A stretch of 64,000 nucleotides of DNA from Glycera tridactyla (lineage: Eukaryota). A model generated the notes under the pieces. That model had not been told where the DNA came from and did not search any database. It saw only the letters and a list, made by a program, of their open reading frames with translations. Location of the stretch: positions 82,088,001-82,152,000 of the forward strand of contig OZ286459.1 in NCBI GenBank assembly GCA_965644265.1, given 5' to 3'. This document shows positions 50,271-64,000 of this stretch, piece after piece. Position 1 is the first letter of the stretch, and each line of letters opens with the position of its first letter. The translations under genes and the position numbers were made by a program.

Positions 50271-52869
50271 CATACAGTGATATCTCAGATATAATGCTGA
50301 GGGAAATTAATATACCCGATATTCTCTATGAAGTAGATGACTACATGGCATTGAAAATACTCTGTGATACAGAACATATGAAGTAGTTTGGGCCATACCT
50401 CGTGCAAATGTACAATATAAGAAAAATGTTCTCTACCCCTCTCGATGACTATCCCTACTCAGTCTTTCCCTCCTGTTATCTATTACACGTATGTCATATA
50501 CCTTACACAAGATCATCTCCATGCATGTACACATATACATCCATTCATTCATACTTAGTCAGTTATTTAGTATCTGATCTACACTGCATCCTCTATTCAT
50601 CCTACATTCACCCTTCACACAGCTGTTATATATCGATATTCGGGATATGCAAGATTTAGGACATATGAGGAATCCGCTATGTCAGATTCCATCATCTGAC
50701 TGAATATGTCTGATATCGATATGAAGTTGATGATTAGTGAAAGTGATACTACTATCCCATATCATACATCATGTATTGATTAGGGATCTACCAACTAATA
50801 TACCAACAACAATAGCTATAAGAGGGCCCAAGACAGTTCCCCCAACAGCTGTAGGTCTAGTATGGTAATTTTCATGACTAACACACAGTAACTGTTCTCG
50901 GCGGTTCGGGGCCGATGACCTGTAAAATGAATCCCGAACAAGGCAATGGCCATAAGTAGAATCAATGCGTGGTGCAATCTCAGACATGACGAATAGTCCT
51001 CAGAGAGAAACAAGCTAACCTGATATTCAGCAATTTACCTGCTTCAAGTTCTTGAGCGTTAGAGCCGGAAATGATACAAAGAATCAACTATATTTGATAC
51101 ATTACGACAAAACTCATATTTCTTTGCTGTAAAATAGCGAGAAATGAGGATCATCCGACCATATAGTGCAGGTATGTCTGTGAGACACTTGGTAGAATGC
51201 ATGGAAGAGAACCTGACCTACATGTAAAAGTCCTGATGCCGAGGCTACCCAAGGATGATATNNNNNNNNNNNNNNNNNNNNNNNNNNNNNNNNNNNNNNN
51301 NNNNNNNNNNNNNNNNNNNNNNNNNNNNNNNNNNNNNNNNNNNNNNNNNNNNNNNNNNNNNNNNNNNNNNNNNNNNNNNNNNNNNNNNNNNNNNNNNNNN
51401 NNNNNNNNNNNNNNNNNNNNNNNNNNNNNNNNNNNNNNNNNNNNNNNNNNNNNNNNNNNNNNNNNNNNNNNNNNNNNNNNNNNNNNNNNNNNNNNNNNNN
51501 NNNNNNNNNNNNNNNNNNNNNNNNNNNNNNNNNNNNNNNNNNNNNNNNNNNNNNNNNNNNNNNNNNNNNNNNNNNNNNNNNNNNNNNNNNNNNNNNNNNN
51601 NNNNNNNNNNNNNNNNNNNNNNNNNNNNNNNNNNNNNNNNNNNNNNNNNNNNNNNNNNNNNNNNNNNNNNNNNNNNNNNNNNNNNNNNNNNNNNNNNNNN
51701 NNNNNNNNNNNNNNNNNNNNNNNNNNNNNNNNNNNNNNNNNNNNNNNNNNNNNNNNNNNNNNNNNNNNNNNNNNNNNNNNNNNNNNNNNNNNNNNNNNNN
51801 NCCACTAGGTTCTCGCCGAAAGTTAAAATGTATCTCTAACGCATCCAAAGTCCGGAACACGGTAGTTTTCCATATGCGCGAGACAAAACTGGTAGCATTA
51901 CATACGATATATGCGAGACACAGATATTTGATTCAGTTCATAATTGGTGTTCAGGCTAGTTACATAGGCTGTCATGATCTCATCGTGAAAAACCAAGCTG
52001 TCTCCCCATTACCCATAGGGACGATAATTCACAGGTATGAGCTACTATTGAGCAGAACCTATCGGATTGGATCTCTTCGAGGGTATGAATGAATTTCAGT
52101 CTGGATCTTCGTAGGGCGTTCTTGATAAACTCGCCCTTGATTACTCATCTTGATTGTATACACATCTGTTTTGCGTCCTTTTTCCAATTCATCACCTGTC
52201 GGGCGGAGACTTCCATCACGAGGCTGGGCCACACGCCATCGACTTTAATGATGGTATATATGCTCTACTTTTGCCGGTACATTAAAAGATTCGATCACAC
52301 TGTCTGGTCACCTGACATATTCGACTTCTCCATTTCTCTGCTGCCCGTTTCTCGCTGATTATTCTTCAAACTCTGCATCAACGTGACACTAATTAGGACC
52401 TCGGCTATTTCGGCACATGTCCGTTCTCGTAGCTCACCAATCTGCACATTATTTGCGGGAGAAATCCAATCAATTTGAAATGAATTCAAGCCTGTTTATC
52501 CATGTGTCACTACGACCGGATGTAGGACTCTTATGCTGACCTTTGACTTCGGATATGATGTCATCATGCAGAGTAAAGGTCCAGACGTACACGTCATGGG
52601 AACGGACTAGTGTAAACCAATCCATGATTCATGCTTCACTCAACCCTTCCTCACCATGGAAGTCAGTCAAAAAACGCGGCAAAATTATCAATTTAATATC
52701 GGTATCCCGGATTCTGGAGAACGAATGGAGAGAAAATGTGTAACACCAAAACATCGCTGTTTCAGAGGCATGAATTGAGAAGACTAGGTTTCACATCAAA
52801 GGTTCTGGAGCATGAATTGAGGAAAATAGGTTCTCGGAGAACCGATGTTCAAAGGTGACTCGAGAAAAA

Positions 52870-53600
52870 CCGATTCGACTGTAGGTCCCTAAATGCTTTT
52901 GAGAGGACAGAGAAAAATCGATATCACAAGAAACGCCGGACAGACTGTGGCTGCTTCACTTGCATGCTTAAAGAGGTTTTACAAGAAACAGCGAACGCAT
53001 CGTCGCTTTTTCAGGTCGCAGTACATACGAAAAGCAAGTGATACAAAAGCAGCGGATCGACTGTAGGTCTTGCTCATTTGTCACTGCATGTGCAGAAACA
53101 CGTGATACAGGAAATAGTGGACCAAGTCAATGGCATCTGGTCATAGTACAACGGAAAGCAGGTGTGGCCGATCCTAGGTAGTTGTCTACTGGTCACAGTA
53201 CATACGGAAAACAGTTGTCACTAGTAACATTGAGCCAGCTGTAGGTCCTTGCTTCGTTGTCGAATGCTGTTCTTTATTTTGTTGCTTTGAATTATGATTG
53301 CTGTCCATGTATCAGGTGAAAGTAGAGTATGAATAAAAATCCACAGTACATACTGATAACTAACGTAGTAAAATGTTGGTTACAGACTACAGTATATGCT
53401 GGAAATAGGTGTTACAAGAAACAGTGAACGGTTAGCTTCTCGCTCACTGGACACAGTGTATTCATGAGAAAGGGTCATGGGGAGGAAAAGAGACTGTATG
53501 TATGTATGCCCACTGGTCACAGTACACGGAGAAACAGGTGTGAGAAGAAACTGTGGAGCGGCTGTAGTTCCTTGCATCTTGGTCACAGTACTCGATGCGG
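52870..53600. repeat. Highly decayed minisatellite (about 10 units of 55-70 bp)
   Basis: Recurrent CTGGTCACAGTACA...GAAA.CAGGTG.TACAAGAAACAG...CTGTAGGTCCTTGC fragments. Confidence 0.7.
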
Positions 53601-55329
53601 GTTTCCCGCATTTCTCCACATCAACCAGGCACAGGGAGGACTATTGGCAATCATGGATGTGCCTTTCATGTCATAAATGTTCACACATCTCATGTATCAT
53701 CTGATTCCAGGCTCATTATCTCCGTGATAGGCTAGGCGTAGGCATTAGTCATGTCGTTCTATTGACTGCTTGTAACCCCCTGACAACCTCGGAGAGTTGC
53801 AGTGATGAGCCACCATCCCAAAACACCATCTCTAGTTGACCTTATCCAGCGAGGGCTATTTTTCCCAAAGGATGGTGTCTCGGGAGGCCATCCAACACTT
53901 GNNNNNNNNNNNNNNNNNNNNNNNNNNNNNNNNNNNNNNNNNNNNNNNNNNNNNNNNNNNNNNNNNNNNNNNNNNNNNNNNNNNNNNNNNNNNNNNNNNN
54001 NNNNNNNNNNNNNNNNNNNNNNNNNNNNNNNNNNNNNNNNNNNNNNNNNNNNNNNNNNNNNNNNNNNNNNNNNNNNNNNNNNNNNTTCTCTTCATGATAT
54101 CCGAAAATTCCACTGAGTAACAAATATATCTATTATCAGGGATTGCTTGCGAACAATGTGCAGGTAATTAATTATGGGTAATTTGATCTCAATGTTTTTC
54201 TGAATGCACTGTGCCTCACATAACCAATCCTGTATAGGGGAGGTAGTAAATTACAAGTGGGCGTTGGTCCTAATTCATGATCGTCTCTGCGCACTGTTCA
54301 TTCGCTTTTCATATCAGATGGCTAGCGAACATATCTCGGTCTATTGGAAGTGTTTTTTGTCTATTGGATATCGCATCCATCTGAGCTCTAGTCTGATTAT
54401 AGGAATGAGATATGGCGCTGGGCCGTTGGGGTTCCATTGTCGGATGCAGTCCACAGATCAAGGACTCCGTGACAAAGGCATGATGACGCTAGATATCATA
54501 CCCGTCGACCATCACACAGCTAGGCATTGCTACTTGGAAGGCTTGCCATGCCGCCACACAAGGACACATGATAGGAACTGAGATGATGGTTATCAAGCGG
54601 ACATGATCGATGCTGCTATGTGGCCTTTATACAGAGATACCTATGCGTAAGGCAATTCAAAGGGTGATAATCTGTTTGGCTCAATAAATTACTCACAGAT
54701 GGAAGTGTCTGCATGGCGAGGCAAAAGTGTACTGTCCGATAGCATGTATCCTGTCTGTCTTGGGAGAGTATCTAGGACCAATGATAGAGGCTACCCCAGT
54801 TTTCATCGGACTGGCATACGAGTGAAATGTGATGACAAACACCTGAAGAGTGATGACTCCGCTAAAACAAGTTTGCCACCGACATTACTTCCATCGAAGG
54901 CTGGCTAAATTGCTATTCCGGAGACCATGCTCTGATGCATTTTGCCAATCCACAGTCATTAGTTGAGCGGCCATGACAGATTGCTGTTCGTCTTATTTAT
55001 TCTGTATGCTGATGGAGATACGTGACAGATGAACATCCGAACGTGTCCCTGTGTACCAATCGGAGGACAGACTTCAACCGGTATCTGGTTCACTCTGTCA
55101 ATCTCTCGGTTCTGGGGGAATAGATATATCACACACTTGGATTGTTTGAATTTTATACTGTTAGTCTGACAATTGTTAATTTACCATGTCACTTGTTTCG
55201 TCATGAAGATATCCTCCCTTTGTTTCTAACTTTCTCACTTCATTTTTTCCAGGAGAGATTCTGATTGATTCTTTCCTGCGGCAGTGGACGAATGCTCCTG
55301 AGACGCTCCGGGTCGTCATTATGCTGCGA

Positions 55330-55715
55330 CTGCGTTCCCTGATGTTTCCTGACTTATGATATGGGGAATCTTCCCGGGTGTGCTAGTTCTTCTGCTTCAT
55401 TCTTGATTAGACAATACAAATGATGTTGCGTCAGCGGCTATCAGTGAATTGCCCATGATGTTCGAAGTAGATATCTTTTCAATAGAATCAAGTTCAAGGT
55501 CCTTTTTTGCTGATATTTACTTCTGACACCGCAATGCCGCCACCCCCTTCTTCCTTGCCGGTAAATTTGATGGCTGGATGCATGTATTTGACGTTTTGGG
55601 TGAATTCATGAAAGGCAAATCGAACAGGCTGATCAAGCTCATCTATATATGTTGACCTCTCTTCCATCCAATAATTGTAGGAGTGGGTCCCCATCTCCCC
55701 AAGCTATCCCAGATA
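55330..55715 (-). mobile_element. Penelope-like element reverse-transcriptase remnant
   Basis: ORF 55494-55694 reads EMGTHSYNYWMEE...TYIDE...FHEFTQNVKYMHPAIKFTGKEE...IAVSEVNISK, matching the PLE RT motifs AMG(S/T)...AN.FME, RY(V/I)DD and HPxIKFTxExE...LPFLDV in order. A downstream YFEHH resembles YLxFxSHHP. Confidence 0.72.
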
Positions 55716-55719
55716 GATG

Positions 55720-55929
55720 GAGGTTACCATGAGGCGCACTCAAAACCCTTTTATCGCATATCCAATTTGTGTCAAAATGCTGGTTTTATATTGCACGTGT
55801 GAATAGATGCAACCATCGCAGATCGAGGTTACCATGAGGCGCACTCAAAACCCTTTTATCGCATATCCAATTTGTGTCAAAATGCTGGTTTTATATTGCA
55901 CGTGTGAATAGATGCAACCATCGCAGATC
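55720..55929. repeat. Exact 105-bp tandem duplication
   Basis: GAGGTTACCATGAGGCGCACTC...CCATCGCAGATC at 55720-55824 and again at 55825-55929; no differences seen by eye. Confidence 0.95.
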
Positions 55930-58544
55930 GAAACTAATCATGACTGGTAGGTCTCTTGTCTAAACTGATGATGTCTGAATATATTGGCAATAAGTAATGT
56001 CTGAAATGTAGCCAAGTTTCCGATCATGTAACTTCGCAATTTTTGATATGTTGAGTCTGACCTGAAACGAGTAGAACTCGTATGTGGAACTTTTGCTCAC
56101 TGATTGCACTGGGAGAGTCCCTATTTGGTAATCTTTGAAGTTGACAGATATGAAGTTGCTACGTAATCAAACCATTCTTCCGAACAAAAACTTTTTCCGA
56201 GAAGGCTTAAATTTGATCGGTTCAGACGATAATTATATCAAGTTAATGTGCTTAAACTACCGACACAATTTTCATGATATGCTTCAAACATAGACAGGAT
56301 TGAGAATCGAAGACAGGAAGAAGATTTCTGATCCCTTTCGATCCAAACCTTCTCCCGAATGTATGGGGTAGTGAAACATTCTCGAAGTACGATGGAATGT
56401 GTCTCTCCCAATGGGAACTTATCCCCATGACTACTTGAACGAAAGATGACAAAATTCTGGGGTACGACCCGGGCTCATTCGAGTGAACATCAACAGAATG
56501 GAAAATTCCAAATGATGGTATTTGTTGTGTGATCCTTGTCCATCAAAGCTGTATCTTCTGTCCTTTGCAGGCCCCTCGTCCTCACAAATTCTGAACTGAA
56601 GATGATGTTGATATAAAAAGATTGAGAAATAGTCATTCTTACAGACAAACATCCACATCCACATCCCCACAAGAACCTAACGAGTCTATGGATAAGGTAT
56701 CTAACTATGCTTCAATCGGAAGCTGACACTTGGGCTCAATAACAATGCTCCCATTTTGCAAGAAGCGCAGGACAGTACCTAAAAGAAGGATAACAAATAA
56801 CAGAAGTTTATTGTTGTTGCTCTCACCTCAAAAAGGGGCTATACTATCTGGGGTTGAGCACAGAGAAGTGAATTATAGGCGATAAATAACCTATATCACA
56901 GTAAAGGAACTACCAACATTATACAGGAATAATCTCAGGTTGTACTTCATAATGCAGGTACCCAGTCGACTATAGTACTATCGTGTTGAAAAAGCATGGT
57001 CAATTCGAAGAAGAAAGATGATAAGTACGTGCGATGATAAGGATGTAGATCAAATCTCTGGTAATGGCAAACATTATGGCCTGCAGTACATCGTGACATC
57101 CAGCGACATAAGATGTGGAAGATACATAAGCAATATGTTCAGATACAAACCGTCAACTTCCAAACAGCCTCACGGTCTTTGCTCAATACTGACAGTGAGA
57201 TGACATTACATTTGAAGCGAAAACTCTCTCATTTGAGGCAGCGCAGTCTGATGAGACGTTGGCCATTACTAAATCTAATATCTAGCTGTGACAAGACCTG
57301 TGCAACGTCCAAACATGGCTTCGTGAGGTGTCGATCCTTGAAGTTTGATAAGGTCTTTTCTTCTAGTGACTTCATGGTTTCTTATCACCACGAGAGTAAG
57401 TACTGATCATCTATATTGAATACAAGCAATCAATCATCCATGTGAGCTCAGTGAATACTAGTACTTTCAACATAATTGCAAATTGATCGAGAACGAAGAT
57501 ATATTTGCCGACATTTCAGAGCACAAAATCGATAGGAATTATGGTATGGCAGTGTACTTTATCAGCGAGCAACAAATACAATTACTAGATTCCCCTGACG
57601 ATTCCGTTGCAGACAAGTTATGAGATCAATTATTTTCTCGACCAAAGTATTCGTTCACTCCCAACCTTTGGATCATGTCAGCCTATAGACACATTCATCT
57701 TATCAATTTTCTCAACCTAAATGGTGGGTTACCTGCATCTGGTACACTGATAATGTGTGCCGATCCAATGAATTACTTCCCCAGACCTCAGCTCAGTAAT
57801 TGCTGCCCCTTGGGTACTGGTAACCAGTGTCAATCGGAGTTGGACAGTCATTCACTGGCGTACATTCACTTATCCAAAGTACAATTTCGTTCAAATACCA
57901 ACATTCAATTCTGTGTATATGGTGTTATTCTCGTGAAGGGTATCGAGACCCAATGCAACCTATGTAGACACAGACAAGCAACTTGCACACGCGTAATCAT
58001 GCTCTCCATTCAACTCTTGTGAATAACCAATAGAATAATGAGTGAGTGAGTATTTCCCTTCCAATAGAATTCCAAATGACGTATGTACCTTACCTAGATA
58101 TTTTCAAAAACCCGACATATTATTCCCGTCATCATGATAAATGATGTAACAAAACCGATTTGTAATCGCACATAACAGTTCACCCATCCAAATTTCCTAA
58201 TAATCTAACAATGCACCCAACCCTTTGATTACTGCCTATTAATCTCGTCTTCTGATCAACAACTGAGTTATACTGCCCATGAATCCACTGCCTGCCTGCC
58301 GTGCCTGTTTATGTTATGTCTCCAATCCGGGTCCGATTTATTGAGTTATGCTCAATGTTCCTCCAAATTATGGAATATCATATGAGAATGAATGGTTGGT
58401 TCACTTCATATCATATCATTTAAGCAAAACTTGGACCATACAAATATATTACTGATGTACCAAAGGGCAACTTCTTTGCAAGATCACGAGGTCAAACACA
58501 TGACATGTTTGAATGCATTCAGAGAGTCTCCCTATATAGAGTCT

Positions 58545-58720
58545 GCCTTGGTTGCTCAGTGGTAGCATGCTGGGCCTTCGTGCAATAGGTCTGGGGTTCA
58601 ATCCTCGGTCCTACCATGCAGGAATGTTTCACCCTTCATCTTCGCTCCTCCTTGGCAGGTGGTCTGTTTTAGCCTCGAGTGCAGAAAGTGGACCTAAAAC
58701 TTCAGCATCTCATTTCGTTT
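58545..58720 (+). mobile_element. tRNA-derived SINE head (degenerate), different family from the 12.5-kb SINE
   Basis: GCCTTGGTTGCTCAGTGGTAGCATGCTGGGCCTTCGTGCAATAGGTCTGGGGTTCAATCCTCGGTCCTACCA has A- and B-box-like motifs at tRNA spacing but no clean cloverleaf. The 3' boundary is uncertain. Confidence 0.6.
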
Positions 58721-60959
58721 TTTCTCCTTATTTAGAGAATAACAGAATATCCATCGGCGTATTTCAGTGCATGGACAATACGTGGCGCTTTACAATCCTA
58801 TCTCTACCATGATGATCTCGAGATAGGATTCTGCGTGTTTTTTCGGCAATCAATGATCATCCATATCATAGAATGTTACTGGTGAAGTACTAAAACTCTA
58901 TTGTACATCTCATTTGCCCGAGCTATGACTTGTACAGATTCATTTGCACTAGTCACCATCAGGTGTCTATCCAAACACTGGGCACCCCATCGAATGTCTG
59001 GTAATGTCTATTTTCAACAATGTAATTTTGGAGGCTCATGATTTCATAGGGGTTGTGAAAGGTATGATCATCATGAAAGCCGAGATCGATTATTGTGAAA
59101 TCACCACAAATAGATGAATTGGCGAGAATATAACGAGTACAGGCATACTGAAAAGGATTTATTATCTTCATGCATCCATTCATATATGGACGCTGTCTCG
59201 TGTCATTCACTCAGTAATTTGAAGAGGTAGTACCAATATATACCTGATCTCTTATAGCCATCTTCACCGGTGCTGATTACTCTAAATATTCGTCCCTTTT
59301 CTCCATTGAGTCATCCCGAAGTGACACGAAGTCAAACTATGTGAGGTTGGTTATGGGTGATTACCTTTGGAAAGGTGAAAGGATGAGTGATGTTTAGAGC
59401 CGAAAGTTGAATCCATACATCTTGATTTATCATTAAAGACTATCATCCCCAATTTTTATAGAAGGTTTGAGAAAGGGTGATGATTATTTCTGAAGTCAAA
59501 GACATGGTCGACAGATATCAATCTCCTCAGCATGAATATTTTCGGGAGGATATGTATGATATTGGAACTCCTCAGAAACTAATCCTATGATGAACATTAT
59601 TACTAGTGCAAAATACCTGGAGGAAGCACAGCGCACACCAGGAAGATTGTTCCGGCTATGGAATCGAAGGAAACACGTGCAAGAAATGAGCCCATATTAC
59701 TCACAGAGTAGCCCATTTACGCCTTACAAATGGATGATACCTGAAGTGGACCTGCAGTAACATCTTAGTATTACACCGGGGCCGCTGGAATTACTATGGG
59801 TCCCTTACCAATTAGTAATAACCGAACCAATTCAGCTCAACTCCACCCCACTTGGTTGTAATGATAATGCAAGTTGTCAGGAGATGGACAGCTATTCTCA
59901 GATCACTTCTGCGATATGTCAAATAAGCAATTACCCATGGCCGTGAACTCATACAAACATTTTAAGAAAGTAGTGAACCTATTCAACTTTTCAGATTGGA
60001 AATGAATCTCATCTAACAAATATGTTTGAGATCCCTATAGGCTATTGCCTCCAGCGCCTGGAGATGGCTTTTCCAGGATGCTAATGATCATCCAATATAA
60101 GATAATATAGATTCAAATCTAATGTAGATTATCCTGATCCATAGATATAATTGATTTGTGAGATGTTGAGCCTTTCACTTCGCAATCATCCGCATACAAA
60201 ATGTCCGCTTGAAGAAATTTCATACTACTGTAGTATTCGAAACTCCACTCCAATAATCCAATATTTCGATTTTTGAGAATTTCCGATAGGAGAATTGTCA
60301 AGTGCGATTCCGCGTTTGCCACTTCGTCCAATATTTGCGCACCACTTGTTCCGAAAGACGTACGTAATCACTGAAGGTCAACCCTCTAAAGTTGAACGCT
60401 GACCTTCACAAGACATAGATGTGGATACACTTCAGTAGCTAATGAGACGTTGGATGACATCTAAAGACTCACTAACCAATCATCAAGTCAAGGAAAACCC
60501 CAACAAGCACATCCGAACCTGTATTCTGGTCACAACAAAAGGTGGTCTTCGTAGAGAAGTGGTTGTTTAGTTACTCATTGTATGAAATACTTCCTACGCG
60601 GGGTGACAGCATTGGACCACCGGGTATTAATCATCCCCACTATCATCCCATATCATAAATATGTGGGACGACTCTCATTGAATAGACTGCAGAGTCTTGT
60701 CGTCGCATATTTATAGCTACTCTGCGAGACACACAAGATGCATTGAATCTAATCAAGTCGTTATCATATAAGGGAATCTCACCATTCCCAAACCACATTT
60801 GTCACACCTAATGAAATCAGTTCCGCTTGGGGGAAATCTGCAAGCTATCGTTTGTTTGGCCACAATTCACTTATGAAATACCACAGATCATGTGGCCATT
60901 TCCTCCGTAAACTCCAATGATTTTAATCATAACTTCAAAATCAACACGAAACAATTCCC

Positions 60960-61420
60960 CAGGGCTGACATCCTCTTCAAAAGGAGGCTGTTTGTTGCAA
61001 CAGTAGAATCTGTGCTACTCCATGACTGCGAAACGTGGACAATGACCACATCAATGGAGAGGTCCCTAGATGGATGCTACACAAGGAGCTGAAAATGGTC
61101 CTCATTGCGAGCTGGAAAGACCGCCTAACCAACAGCCAGTTATATGGAAAAATGGGGCACATATCAACCAAGATCAGAGCAAGGAGACTCAAACTCACTG
61201 GACACTGTGTTAGGCACCCAGAACTAGCTGTAAACCCACTTGTGCTGTGGGAGCCAACACATGACAGGAAATCACGGGGAAGGCCACAGCTCTCATACAC
61301 TGAGCTGTTGAAGAAAAACACTGGCTACACCACAGAGCTTCAGACTGCCATGGTCAATAGGGATGTGTGGAGAGGGATCATCAAGAGCATCGAGCTGCAG
61401 ACCCTGCCTCGATCAGATGT

Positions 61421-61457
<37 letters not shown>
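60960..61457 (+). mobile_element. 5'-truncated RTE-type non-LTR retrotransposon 3' end with (GAT)n tail
   Basis: Joined frames read KRRLFVATVESVLLHDCETWTMTTSMERSLDGCYTR/LKMVLIASWKDRLTNSQLYGKMGHISTKIRARRLKLTGHCVRHPE...SRGRPQLSYTELLKKNTG...MVNRDVWR, the typical post-RT C-terminus of RTE-like LINEs. One frameshift at about 61087; (GAT)n tail at about 61416-61457. Confidence 0.88.
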
Positions 61458-61902
61458 AAATCCCTGGACAATCGATACGCATAAGATTCATCCTCAGTTA
61501 TTCTAGTCTTCTTGAGAAATAAGGGCTACAGTGCTACAGTGACACGAATCGTCTCATTGTATAGTTCAAATAAAATGGTAAAGACAATTACAACTATATC
61601 GTTTGAACATCAAATTCATGTACATCTAGGGTTCTCTCCCATTGATGTCGTCGCTATGCAAGAATATTCCGTTTTGAGAAGGATGGCACCTTTGATAAGA
61701 GTAGTTGTCTGTTGATGATTATTTTCCCTCCATCAAATATGGCTGCATGACTGGTACTTCTAACAAATTCATGGCAGACACTACCATTCCTGCTTGCCTG
61801 TCTGTCTGTATGTATGTCTTCATGTACTCGCTTTGTCATTTGCCATCCGGTGTATATCTCAAAATGTCCGCCTGTTTCTCTTTCCGTCTGTCTGCATGCC
61901 TT

Positions 61903-61908
<6 letters not shown>

Positions 61909-61950
<42 letters not shown>
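61909..61950. repeat. (TG)n microsatellite
   Basis: Direct inspection. Confidence 0.98.
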
Positions 61951-61952
<2 letters not shown>

Positions 61953-64000
61953 TGCATGCGTCTGTCACGAAGTTTTAAACTCTATATCTCCATGGCTGTA
62001 TATATGCATTGTATGCTGTGTATTTCACAGCACTCGCCTCAGAACATGGAGACATATGCAAACGCTCACAGTTTCCAAGGGTAACGTAAGACCAATCTGA
62101 ATCTATACATTGGGCAAATGTAGACCGCCATGTCCGATTCTGCTCAAGCAATTGAATGTTTAATGAGATGTGGGCGTTGACCTTCCCACGCGGCGCTACT
62201 TTCATTCATGAAAAGCCTTGCTCAAATGAGAAGACAGGTTTTTCCTCTGACGAAAACAGATCAAGCTAAATTGGCTGCAAGATATGTATTCTAGTAAAAT
62301 ACACAGTATATGATAGTCAAAATTCAATGTCCACTGAAACTAGGAGAAAGAAGGGACGAGTGTAAGCCGAATATGTTTTGAATCCTGTACAACGTGGTAT
62401 AGTCTTTCACCCATATATACGACCGATGTTTCTCTGTCTTTCCTCTGCCCTCTTTCTGAAGTTTCTGATATTCACGACTTGTAGATGGCCCTATTTGTGA
62501 TGAATAGGTCAACTGAGAGAATTCAAGAGCCACGGCGACACCCCTTCCTCACCCTTTATCCGGACTATGCCTCGTCTTATTTTGGCAATAACGTAACCAA
62601 AGAAAGAATGATGATCTTCATTGACTCGATACAGTTCTTTCCTTTTAGAGAGATAGCTGGTCATAAGCTGGCTACAAAAAGTATCTAGTATTACGATAAC
62701 TAATCTGATTTATTGCCTCCTCTCAGCCGACGCATGTAGAGATGTTCATGGACATTCTTTGAATGCCTCTCGCCGCATACAGTATTCACATATTCGATTG
62801 TATCCTCTCTGTGTCAGACTGCAAGAAGATGAAGCTAAGATGATGAGAGACACACATCAGTTTTTTCTCGGAAAAAGTAAATATTCTATCAAGTACTATG
62901 ATAGGAATCTGTGTCCCTCGTAAAACCTAAGCTACTAAACACCATGATACGCTTCAAGGATGATGTTTTTGCCTGTGTATAGATCGGTTGATACAGATAA
63001 GTGATCCAGACCATCCATTCACCAGTAACGAGCAGTCACCATGGTGACACATTTGTAGTACCATAGCAAGCTTTTAACTATATATTTTTTGCCGGATAGC
63101 AATGTACTCGCAAAAGATTTCAGGGCCATTCCCGTATCTTCGGATGCCTATTTGGTGNNNNNNNNNNNNNNNNNNNNNNNNNNNNNNNNNNNNNNNNNNN
63201 NNNNNNNNNNNNNNNNNNNNNNNNNNNNNNNNNNNNNNNNNNNNNNNNNNNNNNNNNNNNNNNNNNNNNNNNNNNNNNNNNNNNNNNNNNNNNNNNNNNN
63301 NNNNNNNNNNNNNNNNNNNNNNNNNNNNNNNNNNNNNNNNNNNNNNNNNNNNNNNNNNNNNNNNNNNNNNNNNNNNNNNNNNNNNNNNNNNNNNNNNNNN
63401 NNNNNNNNNNNNNNNNNNNNNNNNNNNNNNNNNNNNNNNNNNNNNNNNNNNNNNNNNNNNNNNNNNNNNNNNNNNNNNNNNNNNNNNNNNNNNNNNNNNN
63501 NNNNNNNNNNNNNNNNNNNNNNNNNNNNNNNNNNNNNNNNNNNNNNNNNNNNNNNNNNNNNNNNNNNNNNNNNNNNNNNNNNNNNNNNNNNNNNNNNNNN
63601 NNNNNNNNNNNNNNNNNNNNNNNNNNNNNNNNNNNNNNNNNNNNNNNNNNNNNNNNNNNNNNNNNNNNNNNNNNNNNNNNNNNNNNNNNNNNNNNNNNNN
63701 NNNNNAAATACAGATATATGAAGGAAGGAAGGAATATATGATTGAATGATGGAAATGGATGAATGAATGATTCAACAAGGAAATAAAGGTGAATGTATGG
63801 ATGTCCATTAAAATCGGCAGCTATCCACGCCTGTCAGTACCTCCCCAGGTGTACATTTGGAAGGGGGAAAATCAAATCCGAGTGACAACCTCATTCATTT
63901 TCATTAAGTATAACCCTCAATTCCACTGCCGTATACTTCAATTCTCGTCATGATGATAGCGCACCACATATCCAAACATTTCATAACTCCTCAAATCAAA

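Noticed and set aside
60119-60331. ILYADD motif suggesting a reverse transcriptase
   Set aside because: No upstream QG/SP.LF or other RT motifs at the expected spacing; likely chance.

Overview
Eukaryotic (animal) genomic scaffold, roughly 40% GC by eye, with 11 assembly gaps (about 3.0 kb of N). The repeat landscape and the receptor sequence suggest a lophotrochozoan, probably a mollusc; this is inference. The only convincing host coding sequence is the first coding exon of an orexin/allatotropin-type neuropeptide GPCR on the minus strand (44551-45024: N-terminus, TM1, TM2 and the start of TM3, ending at a GT donor). I found no downstream exon in the 44.5 kb 3' of it, so most of the window is probably one very large intron, unless small exons lie in the N gaps. 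The rest is repetitive: a full-length tRNA-derived SINE with a 14-bp TSD, a second tRNA-like SINE head, a dispersed stem-loop family (probable SINE/LINE 3' tail; 8 full and 3 partial copies), decayed LINE and Penelope-like fragments, several MITE families, minisatellites and microsatellites. Almost all other ORFs in the track are spurious (microsatellite- or gap-derived). I did not find a convincing previously undescribed multi-gene system. The best leads are non-coding: the stem-loop family with a fixed 9-nt loop, a TAATCC-bearing tandem array just upstream of the receptor, a CpG-rich candidate enhancer, and an excess of CRE palindromes.
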